DNA of 64,000 nucleotides from an uncultured Pseudomonadota bacterium (GCA_963836235.1 CAWIIP010000002.1:384001-448000), one strand, 5' to 3'. Shown: positions 1 to 11,985, counted from the stretch's first letter. The notes: generated by a model from the letters alone, not told the origin. Made by a program: numbers and translations.

Positions 1-1628
1 ATCTCTTGGGCCGATAACGCCTTGGGAGAATCTTTTGGGGAACCCGGCTTTCCGGGTTGAGATATCTTTCCTTTATTTTCTTTCTCTTTGACTCGCTCCC
101 TGGATCGAAAATCCTCCCATTGGGCCAAATCCGCGAAAAAGTCGGCATGGCCTTTACCATCGAGCGCTAGGATACGGTGGCTCACGCGGTCTAGCAGGTA
201 ACGATCATGCGTTACCAGCACCAGGGCTCCCGGAAACTCTACCAGGCTTTGCTCCAACACTTCCAAAGAGGGAATATCCAGATCGTTCGTGGGTTCGTCC
301 AACAACAACAAGTCCGCGGGCCTCAACATGAGCCGCGCGATTAACACACGCGACTGTTCCCCCCCGGAAAAGCGGTTCAACGGCCTGTCCAATTGGTCTT
401 TGTCGAAAAGAAATCGGGTGGCCCAGCTGGCCACATGAATGCGGCTCTCTTTATAGCTCACGTAATCACCCGTATCGCAAAGGGCCTTACGAAGGGTTTG
501 GTTCAAATCCAACTGGTCCCGATGTTGGTCAAAAGTCACTACCCGCAGCCGTTCCGCCTGCTTGACCGTTCCGGAATCGGGCTGGATTTCACCCGCCAGC
601 ATTTTCAGCAAAGTGCTTTTTCCGCTTCCGTTCTCACCTAACAGACCCAGCTTATCCCCCGGTGTTAGTAGTAAATCTAAGGATCCGAAGAGCTTGCGCC
701 CACCCAGGCTTTTGGCCACCTTTTCCGCCGCGACCAAGCGCTTCGTCTGACGTTCACTGCCTGAGAAATCTATATCCACGCTTTTACCCTGGGAGTTTCG
801 GTATTTCAATTCCCCCAGTTCCCCCATCAATTCCCCGGCCCGGTCAATACGCGCTTGCTGTTTAGTCTGGCGGGCTTTGGGCCCCCGGCGAAGCCATTCG
901 ATTTCCCGGCGAACCAGATTGGCAACCGTATCTTCCCGCTGGGCCTGGCTATTAAAGAGATTGTCCTTTTTTTCCAAAAATTGGCTGTAATTTCCCTCAT
1001 TGCTGAAATAACCTTCCGGATAACCTTTGTTCAGTTCGATGACACGGTTGCTTACTTGCTCCAAAAAGCGCCTATCGTGGGTCACTACAAGGAATGAAAA
1101 ATTCAAGGTTTCTATAAAACTCTCGAGCCAAAGCACTCCTTCCATGTCCAGGTGATTTGTAGGTTCGTCAAGCAAAAGTAAATCCGGTTCCCGTAGAACC
1201 TGGGTCAGGATGGCAAGCCTTTTGCGCCAGCCGCCAGAAAGCTTTGTGACCTTTTGGCTTGGATCTGTAAATCCGGCCTCGTCAAGACCCGCATCCACCC
1301 GGATATCGACTTCGTAATCTTCCAATCCTAAGCCCTCCAAACCTTTGGCCAGGGCGGTTCGGACATCCAAATCCTCTTTCGTGTCCTCAAAGCGGTCCTG
1401 TTGGGCTAGATAACCAACCCGAAGCCCTTTTCGCGCTGAAATGATTCCGCTATCCGGTTTGTCAAGCCCGGCCAGGATCTTGATCAATGTCGATTTTCCC
1501 GTTCCATTGGGCCCAATGAGACCCGTGCGTTCACCCTCGAAGAGGCCGAAGGAGAGGTTCTCGAAAAGTGGCCGAGCCCCGAAGCTTTTGGATAGATTTT
1601 GACAACTTAACAAGATTCCCACGGTCAT
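1..1628 (-). CDS. ABC-F family ATP-binding protein (Uup-like), 3' end runs off the window
   Basis: Manual translation from ATG 1628: [28 protein letters not shown]...GPNGTGKST (Walker A), [19 protein letters not shown] and a second cassette [11 protein letters not shown]. Absent from the ORF track because it is open at the window edge. Confidence 0.9.
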   Translation of the reverse strand, partial: MTVGILLSCQNLSKSFGARPLFENLSFGLFEGERTGLIGPNGTGKSTLIKILAGLDKPDSGIISARKGLRVGYLAQQDRFEDTKEDLDVRTALAKGLEGLGLEDYEVDIRVDAGLDEAGFTDPSQKVTKLSGGWRKRLAILTQVLREPDLLLLDEPTNHLDMEGVLWLESFIETLNFSFLVVTHDRRFLEQVSNRVIELNKGYPEGYFSNEGNYSQFLEKKDNLFNSQAQREDTVANLVRREIEWLRRGPKARQTKQQARIDRAGELMGELGELKYRNSQGKSVDIDFSGSERQTKRLVAAEKVAKSLGGRKLFGSLDLLLTPGDKLGLLGENGSGKSTLLKMLAGEIQPDSGTVKQAERLRVVTFDQHRDQLDLNQTLRKALCDTGDYVSYKESRIHVASWATRFLFDKDQLDRPLNRFSGGEQSRVLIARLMLRPADLLLLDEPTNDLDIPSLEVLEQSLVEFPGALVLVTHDRYLLDRVSHRILALDGKGHADFFADLAQWEDFRSRERVKEKENKGKISQPGKPGSPKDSPKALSAQE

Positions 1629-1869
1629 AATCCTTAACGATCGTAATTAGCGGAGGTAAGGATAAGGGCGGAAAAGCCAAAAGCAAAGTCTATTTAAAGA
1701 CTTTTATCCGGCAGACAAAAGAATACTTTTAGGAGAGATGTCCAAAGGGGATGGATTTCAGGATCGAATGATTCCGAGGAAAACCTAAGGCATTAATTTA
1801 AGAGGATTGAAATGAAAACCAGGGGATGATGTCAATTGATAGAAACTGTTCCTTTTCTTAAATTTCGAG

Positions 1870-2139
1870 TTAAACTTTCGCTGTTTCCCAACGCTTGAGG
1901 GCATAAACCTTATTGGATAATAACACGGCCAAAAACCTTGGAAATTGCATTTCAATCATTTTCAACAGTACATTTTCGTGCATCATTTCCATGGTCATTT
2001 TTGGATCGGTAAAGGCCCCTGATTGATAACATCGGCGGCAAAAGGTTTGTGAAAATCCGCCGTTTCTTTCTGTTCCCTTTTCAAAGTCCGTGCGGATGGG
2101 AGTAGCGCAACTTTGGCATATCAACTTGGAAAACTTCAT
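1870..2139 (-). CDS. Zinc-ribbon domain protein
   Basis: MKFSKLICQSCATP...GTERNG...FCRRCYQSGAF: two CxxC pairs. The ATG overlaps the upstream gene's stop (ATGA). Confidence 0.75.
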   Translation of the reverse strand: MKFSKLICQSCATPIRTDFEKGTERNGGFSQTFCRRCYQSGAFTDPKMTMEMMHENVLLKMIEMQFPRFLAVLLSNKVYALKRWETAKV

Positions 2140-2492
2140 GCCTTGGTCGCCGCTTCCTCGCCTACTTCCGTTCCTTCCACCGGCAGACCCGCCTTGTGCC
2201 ATTCCTGGAGACCACCCGAATAATTCAGGGCTGTGAGCCCGTGATCCTCTAGGGCTTGAACCGCCATATAGCTTTCTAAAAGACCGAAACGGTCACCGTA
2301 AGCGACAAAGGACTTCGCTTTCCCGTACTTCTCTTCAACTTCCTTTGAAAATACCGCCGGGTCCCCCGTCATGGGATGGCTTTGGGAACCATCGATATGC
2401 AGTTTCTTGAAATCACCTTTGGAAAGAACGTTTAAAACAACCACTTGGTCGCTCTTCATTTTCTCGAACAATTCAATCATATTTATTTTCAT
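2136..2492 (-). CDS. Rhodanese-like domain protein (no active-site Cys)
   Basis: LNVL...HIDGS...YSGGLQEWHKAGLPVEG rhodanese signature; the active-loop position reads AYGD. Confidence 0.75.
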   Translation of the reverse strand: MKINMIELFEKMKSDQVVVLNVLSKGDFKKLHIDGSQSHPMTGDPAVFSKEVEEKYGKAKSFVAYGDRFGLLESYMAVQALEDHGLTALNYSGGLQEWHKAGLPVEGTEVGEEAATKA

Positions 2493-2750
2493 CGTTGAAA
2501 TTCCTTTCGAGACTTAACCGGTGGACGATAGAAATTTTCCGGATGGGAGCGGCTCGTGTCGGATAGGTCTGCGTTAACTATAGGCTTTGTTGAGCAAAGA
2601 AAGGGATAAATCGCCGGGACTCAATAAACAGCTAAAAAAGGGCATCCCTCCCACTCCTCCTCCATCGGACCACTTGCCTTAAAGGAACGAACGGCGTAAA
2701 GTTAATGCATGAATCAATCACCGGGAAACCGGCCCAACGAGGAGAAAACA

Positions 2751-3374
2751 ATGTCAGCAAGCCTAAAGATTACGAAACAAAGCACTATGCAGGAGGTTCT
2801 GGATGCTTATCCGAGCGCCCAGCGAGCCCTCTTCCGCAAATATCACATCGGCGGATGCCATAGTTGCGGTTATGAACCCAATGACATCCTTGAGAATGTC
2901 GCTCAAAAACACAACATCACTGATATGGAAGAAGTATTGAACTTCATTGAGGAAGCGGAGCAAATTGACCAACGCATCAAGGTGAGCCCTGCGGACGTCG
3001 CGACAGCCATGAAAAGCCCTAACCCGCCCCGCTTGATTGACGTGCGGACCCCGGCGGAATGGGAAATGGCTAAGATCCCGGGAGCGCAGCTGATTACCGA
3101 GGAACTATCCTATGAGATTATGAACTGGCCAAAGAACACGCCCATGGTTTTCCACTGCCATAACGGGCAAAGAAGCATGGATGCGGCTTCTTATTTTGCA
3201 GGCCACGGCTTTACCAATGCCAAATCGATGACCGGTGGCATTGATGCATGGTCGGTTTCGATTGACCCCTCCGTCCCACGCTACGAAGTGGCCCGCGATA
3301 TGTCCACCGGAAGGCCCAGGCTCCAGCCCTTGCGTTTGGTAGTTTCCAAAGCTGAAGGTTGTATCACTCCTTAA
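2751..3374 (+). CDS. DUF1858-like CxxC domain fused to rhodanese
   Basis: AGGAG RBS before ATG 2751; HIGGCHSC in the N-domain; LIDVRTPAEW...FHCHNGQRS...MTGGIDAWS rhodanese motifs. Confidence 0.8.
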   Translation: MSASLKITKQSTMQEVLDAYPSAQRALFRKYHIGGCHSCGYEPNDILENVAQKHNITDMEEVLNFIEEAEQIDQRIKVSPADVATAMKSPNPPRLIDVRTPAEWEMAKIPGAQLITEELSYEIMNWPKNTPMVFHCHNGQRSMDAASYFAGHGFTNAKSMTGGIDAWSVSIDPSVPRYEVARDMSTGRPRLQPLRLVVSKAEGCITP

Positions 3375-3396
3375 TTCTGCAGAATCCGTAGAATCT

Positions 3397-3428
3397 AAAG
3401 GGCCGTTCCGAAAGGATCGGCCCTTTTT
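3397..3428 (+). terminator. Intrinsic terminator
   Basis: AAAGGGCCG-TTCCGAAAGGA-TCGGCCCTTTTT hairpin plus U tract after stop 3374. Confidence 0.8.
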
Positions 3429-3464
3429 ATTTTCTCCTATTTCTCCTAGGCGGTTGTGGACAAA

Positions 3465-3492
3465 TGTAACTTCACTTAAAGCGACGGCGTAA
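3465..3492 (+). promoter_or_regulatory. Possible ECF-sigma promoter
   Basis: TGTAAC-N17-CGTAA directly upstream of the DUF1223 gene, matching the AAC/CGT pattern of ECF promoters. Confidence 0.45.
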
Positions 3493-3500
3493 CAAATAAC

Positions 3501-4283
3501 GTGTCCTTTAAATTTTTAAAACCTCCATTATTTTTCATGGGTATATCCTTTCTAATTCCTACCATCGGAATGACCAGTTCTCTTTCCGAATCGCCCATTT
3601 TGATCGAGTTATTCACATCCCAAGGTTGTTCTAGCTGCCCACCAGCGGAAATCCTGATAAATGGTTGGGGTATGGAACTTTTTCACGCCGGTAAAGCCTT
3701 GCCTTTGTGCTTCCATGTGGATTACTGGGATAGCCTTGGATGGAAATATCCCTTCGCCTCCCCTCTTTTCACTGAACGCCAGGATCGATACGCAAGCGCC
3801 TTTGGTTCCGCTTCCCTGTATACGCCGGAACTGGTTATTTCAGGCCGCTCAGGTTTCGTCGGATCCGACGCCCAAAGGAGCCAGCAGGAAATTGAGGATT
3901 GGCACAATCGCAGAGACTCGGCCCAAATTACGCTCTTGGTCTCATTAGAAACGGAAGTCTTAAACCTCAAAATCAAACTCCAACCTTTGGACGATCATCT
4001 AAGCGACCGACGCTGGAAAGTTATGACGGCGGTCTTTGAGAATCACTTAATGACCCATGTGGAAAAAGGTGAAAACAGCGGCAGGGACTTAATTGAAAAT
4101 TTCGTCGTTCAACGGCTGGCCGAGACGAAAAGAGTTTCTTTGGAAAAAGTGGAATGGATAGATGTCGCCATTCCCCTTCGGTCGGATTGGCAAAAGGACT
4201 TTACCGGTGTCGCCGTTTTTTTACAGGACGAGTCCACTTTGAGGATCGGTGGCGTGAATTGGGTTTACCCTATCTCCCAATGA
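3501..4283 (+). CDS. DUF1223 thioredoxin-like exported protein
   Basis: Signal-like N-terminus; IELFTSQGCSSCPPA, FHVDYWD, YTPELV and GENSGR motifs. Confidence 0.9.
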   Translation: MSFKFLKPPLFFMGISFLIPTIGMTSSLSESPILIELFTSQGCSSCPPAEILINGWGMELFHAGKALPLCFHVDYWDSLGWKYPFASPLFTERQDRYASAFGSASLYTPELVISGRSGFVGSDAQRSQQEIEDWHNRRDSAQITLLVSLETEVLNLKIKLQPLDDHLSDRRWKVMTAVFENHLMTHVEKGENSGRDLIENFVVQRLAETKRVSLEKVEWIDVAIPLRSDWQKDFTGVAVFLQDESTLRIGGVNWVYPISQ

Positions 4284-4316
4284 AACTTGGGTAAACGCTG
4301 CCTATCTTCTTTGAAC

Positions 4317-6125
4317 TTAATTGAGATAGTCCCTGAGCAAGCGGCTGCGGGACGGATGCATCAGCTTTCTCAAAGCTTTAGCCTCTATCTGACGCACACG
4401 CTCACGGGTAACCTTATAAATGTTGCCTACTTCTTCCAAGGTATGAGGGGAACCGTCCGTCAGGCCAAAGCGCAGGCGCAAAACCTCCGCTTCCCTTTCC
4501 TTGAGCGTTCCCAGAACTTTAGAAATATGTTCTCTTAAAAGCACGAAAGCTGCCGCGTCATCCGGACTGACAGCTTCCTTATCCGCGATGAAATCCCCCA
4601 AATGACTGTCTTTTTCTTCACCAAGAGGCGTTTCCAGTGAAATCGGGTTCTGAGCAATCTTGAGGACCGCGCGTACTTTTTCGACCGGCATTTCCATCCG
4701 CTTAGCGATCTCATCCGACGTGGGCTCGTGCCCCAATTCCTGCACTAAATCGCGGGAAGTCTGAATAGATTTGTTAATGACTTCGTGCATATGGACCGGA
4801 ATACGAATCGTACGGCTCATGTCCGCGATGGCGCGGGTAATGGACTGACGGATCCACCAAGTGGCATAAGTGGAAAACTTATAACCTCGGCGGTACTCGA
4901 ATTTCTCAACACCCCGCATAAGGCCGATATTACCCTCCTGGATAAGATCCAGGAAAGGAAGCCCACGGTTGTTGTATTTCTTTGCAATGGAGATAACCAA
5001 TCGCAAATTGGCTTCAACCAGCTCCATGCGGGAATGGTAAGCCTCTCGCTCGCCTACCCGGATAGTACGCATCATGATCTTTAAATGATTCCGGTCGGTC
5101 ATGGCTTCTTTCTCAAGACGCTTTATTTCCCGACGCGCCACGTCCCAAAGCCGGCAAGCCTTGATAAACTCCTCGCCCTTCAAGGCGCTTTTCTTCTCCA
5201 TGGATTTAACATCCACCGGTTCTCCGTCTTTGAGCAGGCTGGGGAGTTTGATATAAAGCTCGGGGGAAAGCTTCATCCTTTTTTCCTGGGAGTGCATGAT
5301 ATGCTCATGTTCCTCAATAGCCTCACCTCGGTCACGAAGGGAAGCCGTAAAACGTTCCTTCACCTTCTTTTGGAACTGACAATCCTTGACCAGCCAGATG
5401 AGGTCGATAAGCTTGGCGTCCAATTGCTCGGCCAGGACTTTTCTTTTTTCCTCTCCTAAGGACTTGAGGCCCACTTTATGCTGCAAAGCCTTGATCTGAC
5501 GCTCCAAGGCCTTAAGCTTGACGTGGTTCTTCCGAATTTTGGCCAGTATCTTTTTCTCTGGTGGTCCCCCCGGCAGTTCGGCGTAGGAATCTAGATTTAT
5601 AGTTTCTTGAATGGTCTTTTTTTTCTTGATGATGTCAGTGAGGAGGTTGTTCAATTCCTGGAATCCCAATAGCGAACCCAGGACAGCCTTATCCACCTTG
5701 AATTCGCCAGCCTCAATGCGCTTAGCGATAGCGATTTCTTCAGCGCGGGTTAGGAGCGAAATCCTGCCCATCTGATGCAGATACATCTTGACGGGATCAC
5801 CGACACGGGTCTCAACTCCGGCGGTGTCGAGTGCCTTCTCGAAAACCTCATCCTCGTCTGGATCTTCGTCCTTCATGCTTGTCCCGGGAACGGCAGCCTC
5901 AACTTCCTTTTCATCATCCGGGATTGCGGTTTTCTCCTCTTGGTCAACGATCTTGATGTCGTTTTCACCCAGCATAAGGAGAATGTCGTCAATCTCTTCG
6001 GAGGAAACGACCTCGTCCGGCAGGATGTCGTTCACCTGTTTAAAGGTGATATAACCTTTTTCTTTCCCTACTTTGAGAATATTATTGGCGTGTTCCGACT
6101 TGTTCTTGGGCGCTTCTGACTTCAT
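4317..6125 (-). CDS. rpoD: RpoD-type (group 1) sigma-70 factor
   Basis: Region 1.1 GKEKGYIT; 1.2 DPVKMYL; non-conserved region; 2 [13 protein letters not shown]...[11 protein letters not shown]...[11 protein letters not shown]; 4 [20 protein letters not shown]. Confidence 0.9.
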   Translation of the reverse strand: MKSEAPKNKSEHANNILKVGKEKGYITFKQVNDILPDEVVSSEEIDDILLMLGENDIKIVDQEEKTAIPDDEKEVEAAVPGTSMKDEDPDEDEVFEKALDTAGVETRVGDPVKMYLHQMGRISLLTRAEEIAIAKRIEAGEFKVDKAVLGSLLGFQELNNLLTDIIKKKKTIQETINLDSYAELPGGPPEKKILAKIRKNHVKLKALERQIKALQHKVGLKSLGEEKRKVLAEQLDAKLIDLIWLVKDCQFQKKVKERFTASLRDRGEAIEEHEHIMHSQEKRMKLSPELYIKLPSLLKDGEPVDVKSMEKKSALKGEEFIKACRLWDVARREIKRLEKEAMTDRNHLKIMMRTIRVGEREAYHSRMELVEANLRLVISIAKKYNNRGLPFLDLIQEGNIGLMRGVEKFEYRRGYKFSTYATWWIRQSITRAIADMSRTIRIPVHMHEVINKSIQTSRDLVQELGHEPTSDEIAKRMEMPVEKVRAVLKIAQNPISLETPLGEEKDSHLGDFIADKEAVSPDDAAAFVLLREHISKVLGTLKEREAEVLRLRFGLTDGSPHTLEEVGNIYKVTRERVRQIEAKALRKLMHPSRSRLLRDYLN

Positions 6126-6371
6126 GAAGTCTCCACCTCTTAAGAGAATTATTTCTTTGCTTTTTAAGAATCAGGTTCAAAACCACTACCCGTGACAACC
6201 AGCTTTTTACTTGGTTTAACCACAAGGAGGCTTATTGTACCGCAATAATAAGTTCGGTTGGGATTGTTCTAAAAGAAAGGGGCTTATAAATTCGGCACCC
6301 TCGTTTACCATCGATAAAATACAGCATAAATCCTATTGTTAAGAGGATTAGGGCAGGCCGGTGACTTTGGA

Positions 6372-6908
6372 CTAAAATTTATTACCATTGATCCAATTTT
6401 GAACTTCTTGTTCAACCGAAAATGGCATTTCCGGGTTTTGGGAATAGGCCTTATCCAAAGCATAGGCGTTTTTTTCCAGAGGGATTGATTCATAGGCCCC
6501 AGTGGCCAAGAACCCCCGAAAGTATTTGTTGGCGAACTGTTTAAGGCCAAGTTTTTGGTATTGAACCGCATGCACGAGCTCGTGAAATTGGATTTGTGGT
6601 TTCAACTCTTCATAGGAAACAACCACATCCATAAATGTTATCGCCCGAAGATGGTCGAGAGAAAAATAAATTCCTCTATCATTCAACTCCTTTAAAAAAA
6701 CAGGGTCTTCGATGGGCCCGTCATTCTTATGGAAAAAAAAGGTATTCTTTAAAAGACCAATATTAAAAAAAGAGCTGAACTTCTCAATCTGGATTTGTGG
6801 TAAGAGTTCGGCTCGTTCTAAATAAGCGTCTCTTTGGCCCCGGATAAAAACAGCGATCAAGGCCGAATAGTCGACGATTTCTTCTTCTGAAAACTTGGTG
6901 GCAACCAA
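6372..6908 (-). CDS. Hypothetical HExxH zincin-like protein (start uncertain, TTG ~6908)
   Basis: FHELVHAVQY...PLEKNAY. The longer ORF start (7037) overlaps clpB. Confidence 0.6.
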   Translation of the reverse strand: MVATKFSEEEIVDYSALIAVFIRGQRDAYLERAELLPQIQIEKFSSFFNIGLLKNTFFFHKNDGPIEDPVFLKELNDRGIYFSLDHLRAITFMDVVVSYEELKPQIQFHELVHAVQYQKLGLKQFANKYFRGFLATGAYESIPLEKNAYALDKAYSQNPEMPFSVEQEVQNWINGNKF

Positions 6909-6933
6909 GATAAACCATTCTTTCTTTTGTGCT

Positions 6934-9531
6934 TCAAGACTTGATAACGAGCTCCCCACCCTTAGAAACGTCGACTTTGATCGTTTGTCCCTCTTTAATA
7001 TCACCATCAAGGAGTTTAAGAGCCATGCGATCCACAAGCTCGTGCTGGATAAGCCGCTTTAAAGGCCTAGCGCCATAGACAGGATCATAGCCTCTTTCTG
7101 CCAGGAAAGCCAAGGCCCCATTGGACATCTCCAGCTTTATCTTTTTGTCGATTAAGCGAGCCCGAAGACCCCCTAATTGAATATTCACTATGGCCTCCAG
7201 TTGATCTTCTTTCAACCGATGGAAGATAACAATATCGTCAATGCGATTAAGAAACTCGGGCCGGAAGAACTGCCTCAACTCTTTTTGAAGGGCATCCTTC
7301 AAATCCTCGTCCTTATTTCCTTCCATAATTTTCTGGGAGGCGATATTGCTGGTCATGATGAGAACGGTATTTTTGAAATCCACCATCCGTCCCTGGCTGT
7401 CCGTCAGGCGGCCGTCATCCAATACTTGCAAAAGAACGTTGAACACATCCGAATGGGCCTTCTCCACTTCATCAAACAACACCACCGAATAGGGCCTGCG
7501 ACGCACTGCCTCCGTCAATTGTCCCCCTTCGTCGTAACCCACGTAACCAGGAGGGGCTCCTATAAGCCGTGCCACCGAATGCTTTTCCATATATTCGCTC
7601 ATGTCGATACGGATCATCATCTTTTCGTCGTCAAAAAGGTATCCGGCCAGGGCCTTGGCCAATTCAGTTTTACCCACGCCCGTAGGCCCCACGAAAAGGA
7701 AACTGCCTAAGGGCCGATTGGGGTCAGCCAACCCCGATCGAGACCGACGAATGGCATTGGCCACTGCGGACACTGCCTCATCTTGCCCAACAACCCTTTC
7801 CCTCAATTTTTCTTCCATTTTGACGAGCTTTTCAGTTTCACCTTCCATCATTTTGGAAACGGGGATGCCCGTCCATTTGGCTACCACCTCGGCAATGCCC
7901 TGATCGGTCACTTCTTCTTTAAGCAGCGCTCCCCTTTTCTGCATTTCTGCTAGCTTATTGCTGAGTTCTTCCATTTGCTTTTGCAGTTTGGGAACCTTGT
8001 CGTAGCGAATTTCCGCCACCTTGTCGAGTTTGCCTTCTCTTTCAAAATGGGTTTCTTGAAGTTTCAAAGTTTCGATTTCTTCCTTAATCTTACGCAGGTC
8101 TTGGATGACCTTCTTTTCCGATTGCCATCGGGCCTTCATACCCGAAGAGTTTTCCTTCAGGTTGGCCATTTCCTTTTCCAATCTTGCCAGCCGGTCTTTC
8201 GACCCCTCGTCTTTTTCTTTTTGAAGAGCTTGTTTTTCGATTTCCAACTGGCGGATTTTACGTTCTACCTCATCCAAAGCTACCGGCATGGAGTCGATTT
8301 CGATACGAAGCTTGGAGGCGGCCTCATCCACTAGGTCAATGGCCTTGTCAGGTAAAAAGCGGTTGGTGATGTAGCGGTTCGAAAGGACTGCGGCGGCCAC
8401 CAAGGCCGCGTCTTGAATCCGGACACCATGGTGCAACTCATAACGTTCCTTGAGTCCCCGCAGGATGGAAATGGTATCCGCCACACTGGGTTCACCCACT
8501 AGAACCTGTTGAAACCGGCGTTCCAGGGCTGGATCTTTCTCGATGTACTTCCGGTATTCATCCAGGGTTGTCGCACCAATGGCTCGTAGTTCCCCCCGTG
8601 CCAGGGCAGGTTTGAGCATATTGGAAGCATCCATGGAGCCTTCGGCTCGGCCCGCCCCAACCAAGTTGTGAAGTTCATCGATAAAAAGAATGATTTGGCC
8701 TTCACTGGAAGTAACTTCCTTCAAGAAAGCTTTCAGTCGGTCCTCGAATTCACCCCGAAATTTGGCTCCGGCCACCATGGCGCCCAGATCCAAGGAAATG
8801 ACTTTCTTTCCCTTCAAACCTTCCGGGACATCCCCGGAAACGATGCGCCCCGCCAAGCCTTCGGCGATAGCCGTCTTACCCACACCTGGTTCCCCAATAA
8901 GCACAGGATTGTTCTTGGTACGACGGGAGAGTACCTGGATAACACGGCGAATTTCCTCATCCCGGCCAATAACCGGATCCAACTTTCCCCGGCGGGCTAA
9001 GTCCGTAAGGTCTTTGCCGTATTTGGTGAGGGCTTGGTATTTTGCCTCTGGGTTTTGATCAGTCACTTTCGTATTGCCTCGCACTTCAGCAAGTACCGAA
9101 AGTACCTTTTCTCGGCTCAAACGGTATTGTTTTACAAGCTTTTTGACACCCCAATCCTCCGGGTGCCCCTGCGCACCGGGTGCGTCCACAAGGGCAAGAA
9201 GGATATGCTCAGTAGAAACGTATTCATCTTTCATTTTATCCGCCTCTTTGTGGGCGGCATCAAGGGTCTTGGAAAGGCGAGCGGTGGCGTAAATCTGGCC
9301 ACTCCCTTCTACTTTGGGAAGTCCGGCAATGTCTTTTTCCAAACTCTTGTCGAGTGCGGCCGGGTCCATTCCGATCTTCTTCAAAATAGGTTCGACTACG
9401 CTTTCTTCCTGGCGCAAAAGAGCAAGAAAGAGGTGTTCGTTATCTACCTGCTGTTGACCATACTCGGAAGCCATTGATTGGGCCGCCTGCATGGCATTTT
9501 GGGCATTAAGAGTAAATTGGTTGATATCCAT
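6934..9531 (-). CDS. clpB: ATP-dependent chaperone ClpB
   Basis: Clp N-domain, [23 protein letters not shown], long coiled-coil M domain, [27 protein letters not shown]. Confidence 0.97.
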   Translation of the reverse strand: MDINQFTLNAQNAMQAAQSMASEYGQQQVDNEHLFLALLRQEESVVEPILKKIGMDPAALDKSLEKDIAGLPKVEGSGQIYATARLSKTLDAAHKEADKMKDEYVSTEHILLALVDAPGAQGHPEDWGVKKLVKQYRLSREKVLSVLAEVRGNTKVTDQNPEAKYQALTKYGKDLTDLARRGKLDPVIGRDEEIRRVIQVLSRRTKNNPVLIGEPGVGKTAIAEGLAGRIVSGDVPEGLKGKKVISLDLGAMVAGAKFRGEFEDRLKAFLKEVTSSEGQIILFIDELHNLVGAGRAEGSMDASNMLKPALARGELRAIGATTLDEYRKYIEKDPALERRFQQVLVGEPSVADTISILRGLKERYELHHGVRIQDAALVAAAVLSNRYITNRFLPDKAIDLVDEAASKLRIEIDSMPVALDEVERKIRQLEIEKQALQKEKDEGSKDRLARLEKEMANLKENSSGMKARWQSEKKVIQDLRKIKEEIETLKLQETHFEREGKLDKVAEIRYDKVPKLQKQMEELSNKLAEMQKRGALLKEEVTDQGIAEVVAKWTGIPVSKMMEGETEKLVKMEEKLRERVVGQDEAVSAVANAIRRSRSGLADPNRPLGSFLFVGPTGVGKTELAKALAGYLFDDEKMMIRIDMSEYMEKHSVARLIGAPPGYVGYDEGGQLTEAVRRRPYSVVLFDEVEKAHSDVFNVLLQVLDDGRLTDSQGRMVDFKNTVLIMTSNIASQKIMEGNKDEDLKDALQKELRQFFRPEFLNRIDDIVIFHRLKEDQLEAIVNIQLGGLRARLIDKKIKLEMSNGALAFLAERGYDPVYGARPLKRLIQHELVDRMALKLLDGDIKEGQTIKVDVSKGGELVIKS

Positions 9532-9807
9532 AAATAAAATTACCCATTTCGGTCACAATGAGCACTGACCGCATATAAGCGGCCGGTTTGTAACGAAGCA
9601 ACTTAAGTTTTAAATGAGCCACAAAAACTGTTTTAACTTGAATACTCCGTCAGTGTCCCATTATGCGCAAGACACCCTCAAGGTAGTGGTAATTAAAATA
9701 ATCTAGTTACCAAAAACAAATTAGGTCGAAATACAGATTCTTTCAATGCTTTGGATCATGTTTGAGCATGGAATTTTAACCACTATAATAATTAAATTCA
9801 AATTCCT

Positions 9808-11985
9808 ATGAAAACTACTTCCCCACATATACAGTCACTAATTCTCTTGTGCGCCCTAGCTTTGGCGATCACTGGCCAGGCCTTTCTCATTCAAAAAGAC
9901 AACCCAGCTACCCTTATACCCGGCCTTTTACTTTACAGTTTGGCCGTCGGAGCATTCCTTAAGGTCTTGCCTAAACCTCTAACCTTCATCTCTCATACCT
10001 CCGAACCTTTCACCACCTTCGAAGGATTGGCCCTATTCCTTATCTTGCTAGTGGCCTTGGGCTTTCGGCTTTACCATTCTAGTGACTTCCCGAACGGCAT
10101 TTTTACTGATGAAGCCTGTTCAGCTTGGGCCGGTCTCAAAATGGCCCGTGAGAACTGGTCTCTTCTCCAAAACATTGGGGCGTTCCTTCCTTTTTACCCT
10201 AACTACATTTCAAATACTTATTGGTCAACCCTTTGGTTTACTTTCTTTAGCCCAACCCAATTCCATTTTTTTCTCCTTTCGGTGACCTTGGGTCTCGCAG
10301 CATTCCCGGGTATTTATTGGACTTTCCGCCAATGGACTGGCCCCCGAACTGCCCTTTTGAGCCTTTATATCCTGTCGGTGATGCGGTGGCATGTCACTTA
10401 TAGCCGTTCTGGTCATCCTGCCATAGAAATTCTTCTCTATATGTTTGGATCTCTCGCTCTTTGGACAAAAGGGTTTCGGTCTGGAAACAGGTTGTATTTT
10501 ATCCCTGCCACTCTTTTAACGGCGATGGGCTTCGAGTCATACCAGGCTTATTACGCTTTTATATTTTTTTTAACCTTATATTTTTTAATCGAATGGCGTG
10601 AAAGCCAATGGAAAGCGAAATCCTCTTGGCCTGTCTTGGTATCCGTTTATCTGGCTGCTTTGGCTGTAGGATGGCCCTGGCTCCGTTATTTGAACCAGCG
10701 GGGGGGCTTGGGAATGCCTCAAGGCGGATCTGCCTTTTTTCAGTTTCACTTTGATAAAGCGGGTCTTCGCGCCTTCTTGGATCATTGCCTGGAAACATTC
10801 CTCCAATTCAACCGAATGGGCGATTCTTGGTCCGTCCACAACCTCCCTTTCCATCGGCTTCTAGACGATGTCACTGGGTTATTCTTTGTCCTGGGATTTT
10901 TCCTTGCCTGGTCCCGACTCTCTCAAAGAAAAAACCTTTTTGCCCTCATGGGATTTATCGTAATGGGACTACCCGCTTTTCTTTCCAAGTTTCCCACGAG
11001 TGCCAGTCGCATGATAGGAACAACGCCTTTTATCGCTCTGCTCACGGCTTTGGCCGCGGAAGCTATTGGTGAAAAAATAAAGGAAATCGCTCCGAGGACC
11101 GGTCCCAAATGGTGGGTCGCCTTCACAACGGTTTTTATAGCCTTGATGACCTTCCAAAATTACCATGTCTACTTTGACGAACAGACCAAAAACTATGACT
11201 GCAGACGGTGTGATAGTCCACAAGAAACGGCCGTAGGAAACGCAGTACGGGAAGGCGGAGACTCCTGCGAGGATTATCTTTCTTCGCGTTTCTACGGTCA
11301 TTATGCCGTAATGTTCCTAGGATATTTTCAAAGAAAGCATATGCAAGAATTGGATTTGCCTGGGTCCCTTTCACTTCCTAATTGGAGTCCAGGCCAAGCA
11401 GTCCTCTTCGCCTTGGATGAGGGCCAAACCGGCGTTTTGGAATTAGTCAAAAATCTTTACCCCGGAGGTGAAACCCGATTTCTCAAGGATTCGCTGGGGC
11501 ACACACTCGTTTTCTTTTACAGGGTTCCTGCTGAAGAAATTTTGAGAAATTGTAATAATGCCAAAAAAATCCTTCAATCAAACTTTGGATTGAAAGGAAA
11601 ATACTGGTCATCACTTAATCCTCCAAATCCGCCCGTTCTAGTACATCAAGATCCTTTAATTAATTTCACTTTCCGTAACGATTTTCCCTTACGAAAATTT
11701 CCTCCTCTGATAGTTCGTTGGAATGGCTTTTTAAATACTACGATAGAAGGTGATTATCATTTCTTAGCCCTTGCTACCGACCAAGTGAAAATGTTTCTGA
11801 ACGGAAGAGAAGTACTGACGGGTGAGAACCGGGAATCAGGAAGCGTTTTTTTAAAAAAGGGACCACGTTTAATTGAGGTTGATTTTCAAAAAACCTCCGG
11901 AACGGACACGGCTTTGAGTCTTTTGTGGAAAAAACCTGGAAATGATAAATTCGAAGTAATCCCCCCTACAGCCTTTCAGCATTAA
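9808..11985 (+). CDS. GT-C (PMT/ArnT-like) membrane glycosyltransferase with C-terminal PA14 domain
   Basis: Many TM segments; FRLY..PNGIFTDEA loop-1 DE motif; C-terminal GLKGKYW...INF...VRWNGFL...YHF...D...L.LNG...LLWKKPG PA14 pattern. Confidence 0.75.
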   Translation: MKTTSPHIQSLILLCALALAITGQAFLIQKDNPATLIPGLLLYSLAVGAFLKVLPKPLTFISHTSEPFTTFEGLALFLILLVALGFRLYHSSDFPNGIFTDEACSAWAGLKMARENWSLLQNIGAFLPFYPNYISNTYWSTLWFTFFSPTQFHFFLLSVTLGLAAFPGIYWTFRQWTGPRTALLSLYILSVMRWHVTYSRSGHPAIEILLYMFGSLALWTKGFRSGNRLYFIPATLLTAMGFESYQAYYAFIFFLTLYFLIEWRESQWKAKSSWPVLVSVYLAALAVGWPWLRYLNQRGGLGMPQGGSAFFQFHFDKAGLRAFLDHCLETFLQFNRMGDSWSVHNLPFHRLLDDVTGLFFVLGFFLAWSRLSQRKNLFALMGFIVMGLPAFLSKFPTSASRMIGTTPFIALLTALAAEAIGEKIKEIAPRTGPKWWVAFTTVFIALMTFQNYHVYFDEQTKNYDCRRCDSPQETAVGNAVREGGDSCEDYLSSRFYGHYAVMFLGYFQRKHMQELDLPGSLSLPNWSPGQAVLFALDEGQTGVLELVKNLYPGGETRFLKDSLGHTLVFFYRVPAEEILRNCNNAKKILQSNFGLKGKYWSSLNPPNPPVLVHQDPLINFTFRNDFPLRKFPPLIVRWNGFLNTTIEGDYHFLALATDQVKMFLNGREVLTGENRESGSVFLKKGPRLIEVDFQKTSGTDTALSLLWKKPGNDKFEVIPPTAFQH

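Noticed and set aside
498-512. GGTTCAAATCC T-loop-like tRNA motif
   Set aside because: It lies inside the ABC-F coding sequence with no cloverleaf context.
6909-7037. Apparent 100-bp overlap between clpB and the downstream ORF
   Set aside because: Most likely an artefact of choosing the furthest start; an in-frame TTG at 6908 removes the overlap.
9532-9807. Heat-shock operator upstream of clpB (CGGTCA-N10-TGACCG inverted repeat near 9550-9571)
   Set aside because: It does not match CIRCE, HAIR or CtsR consensus, and a 6-bp arm is too weak to call.
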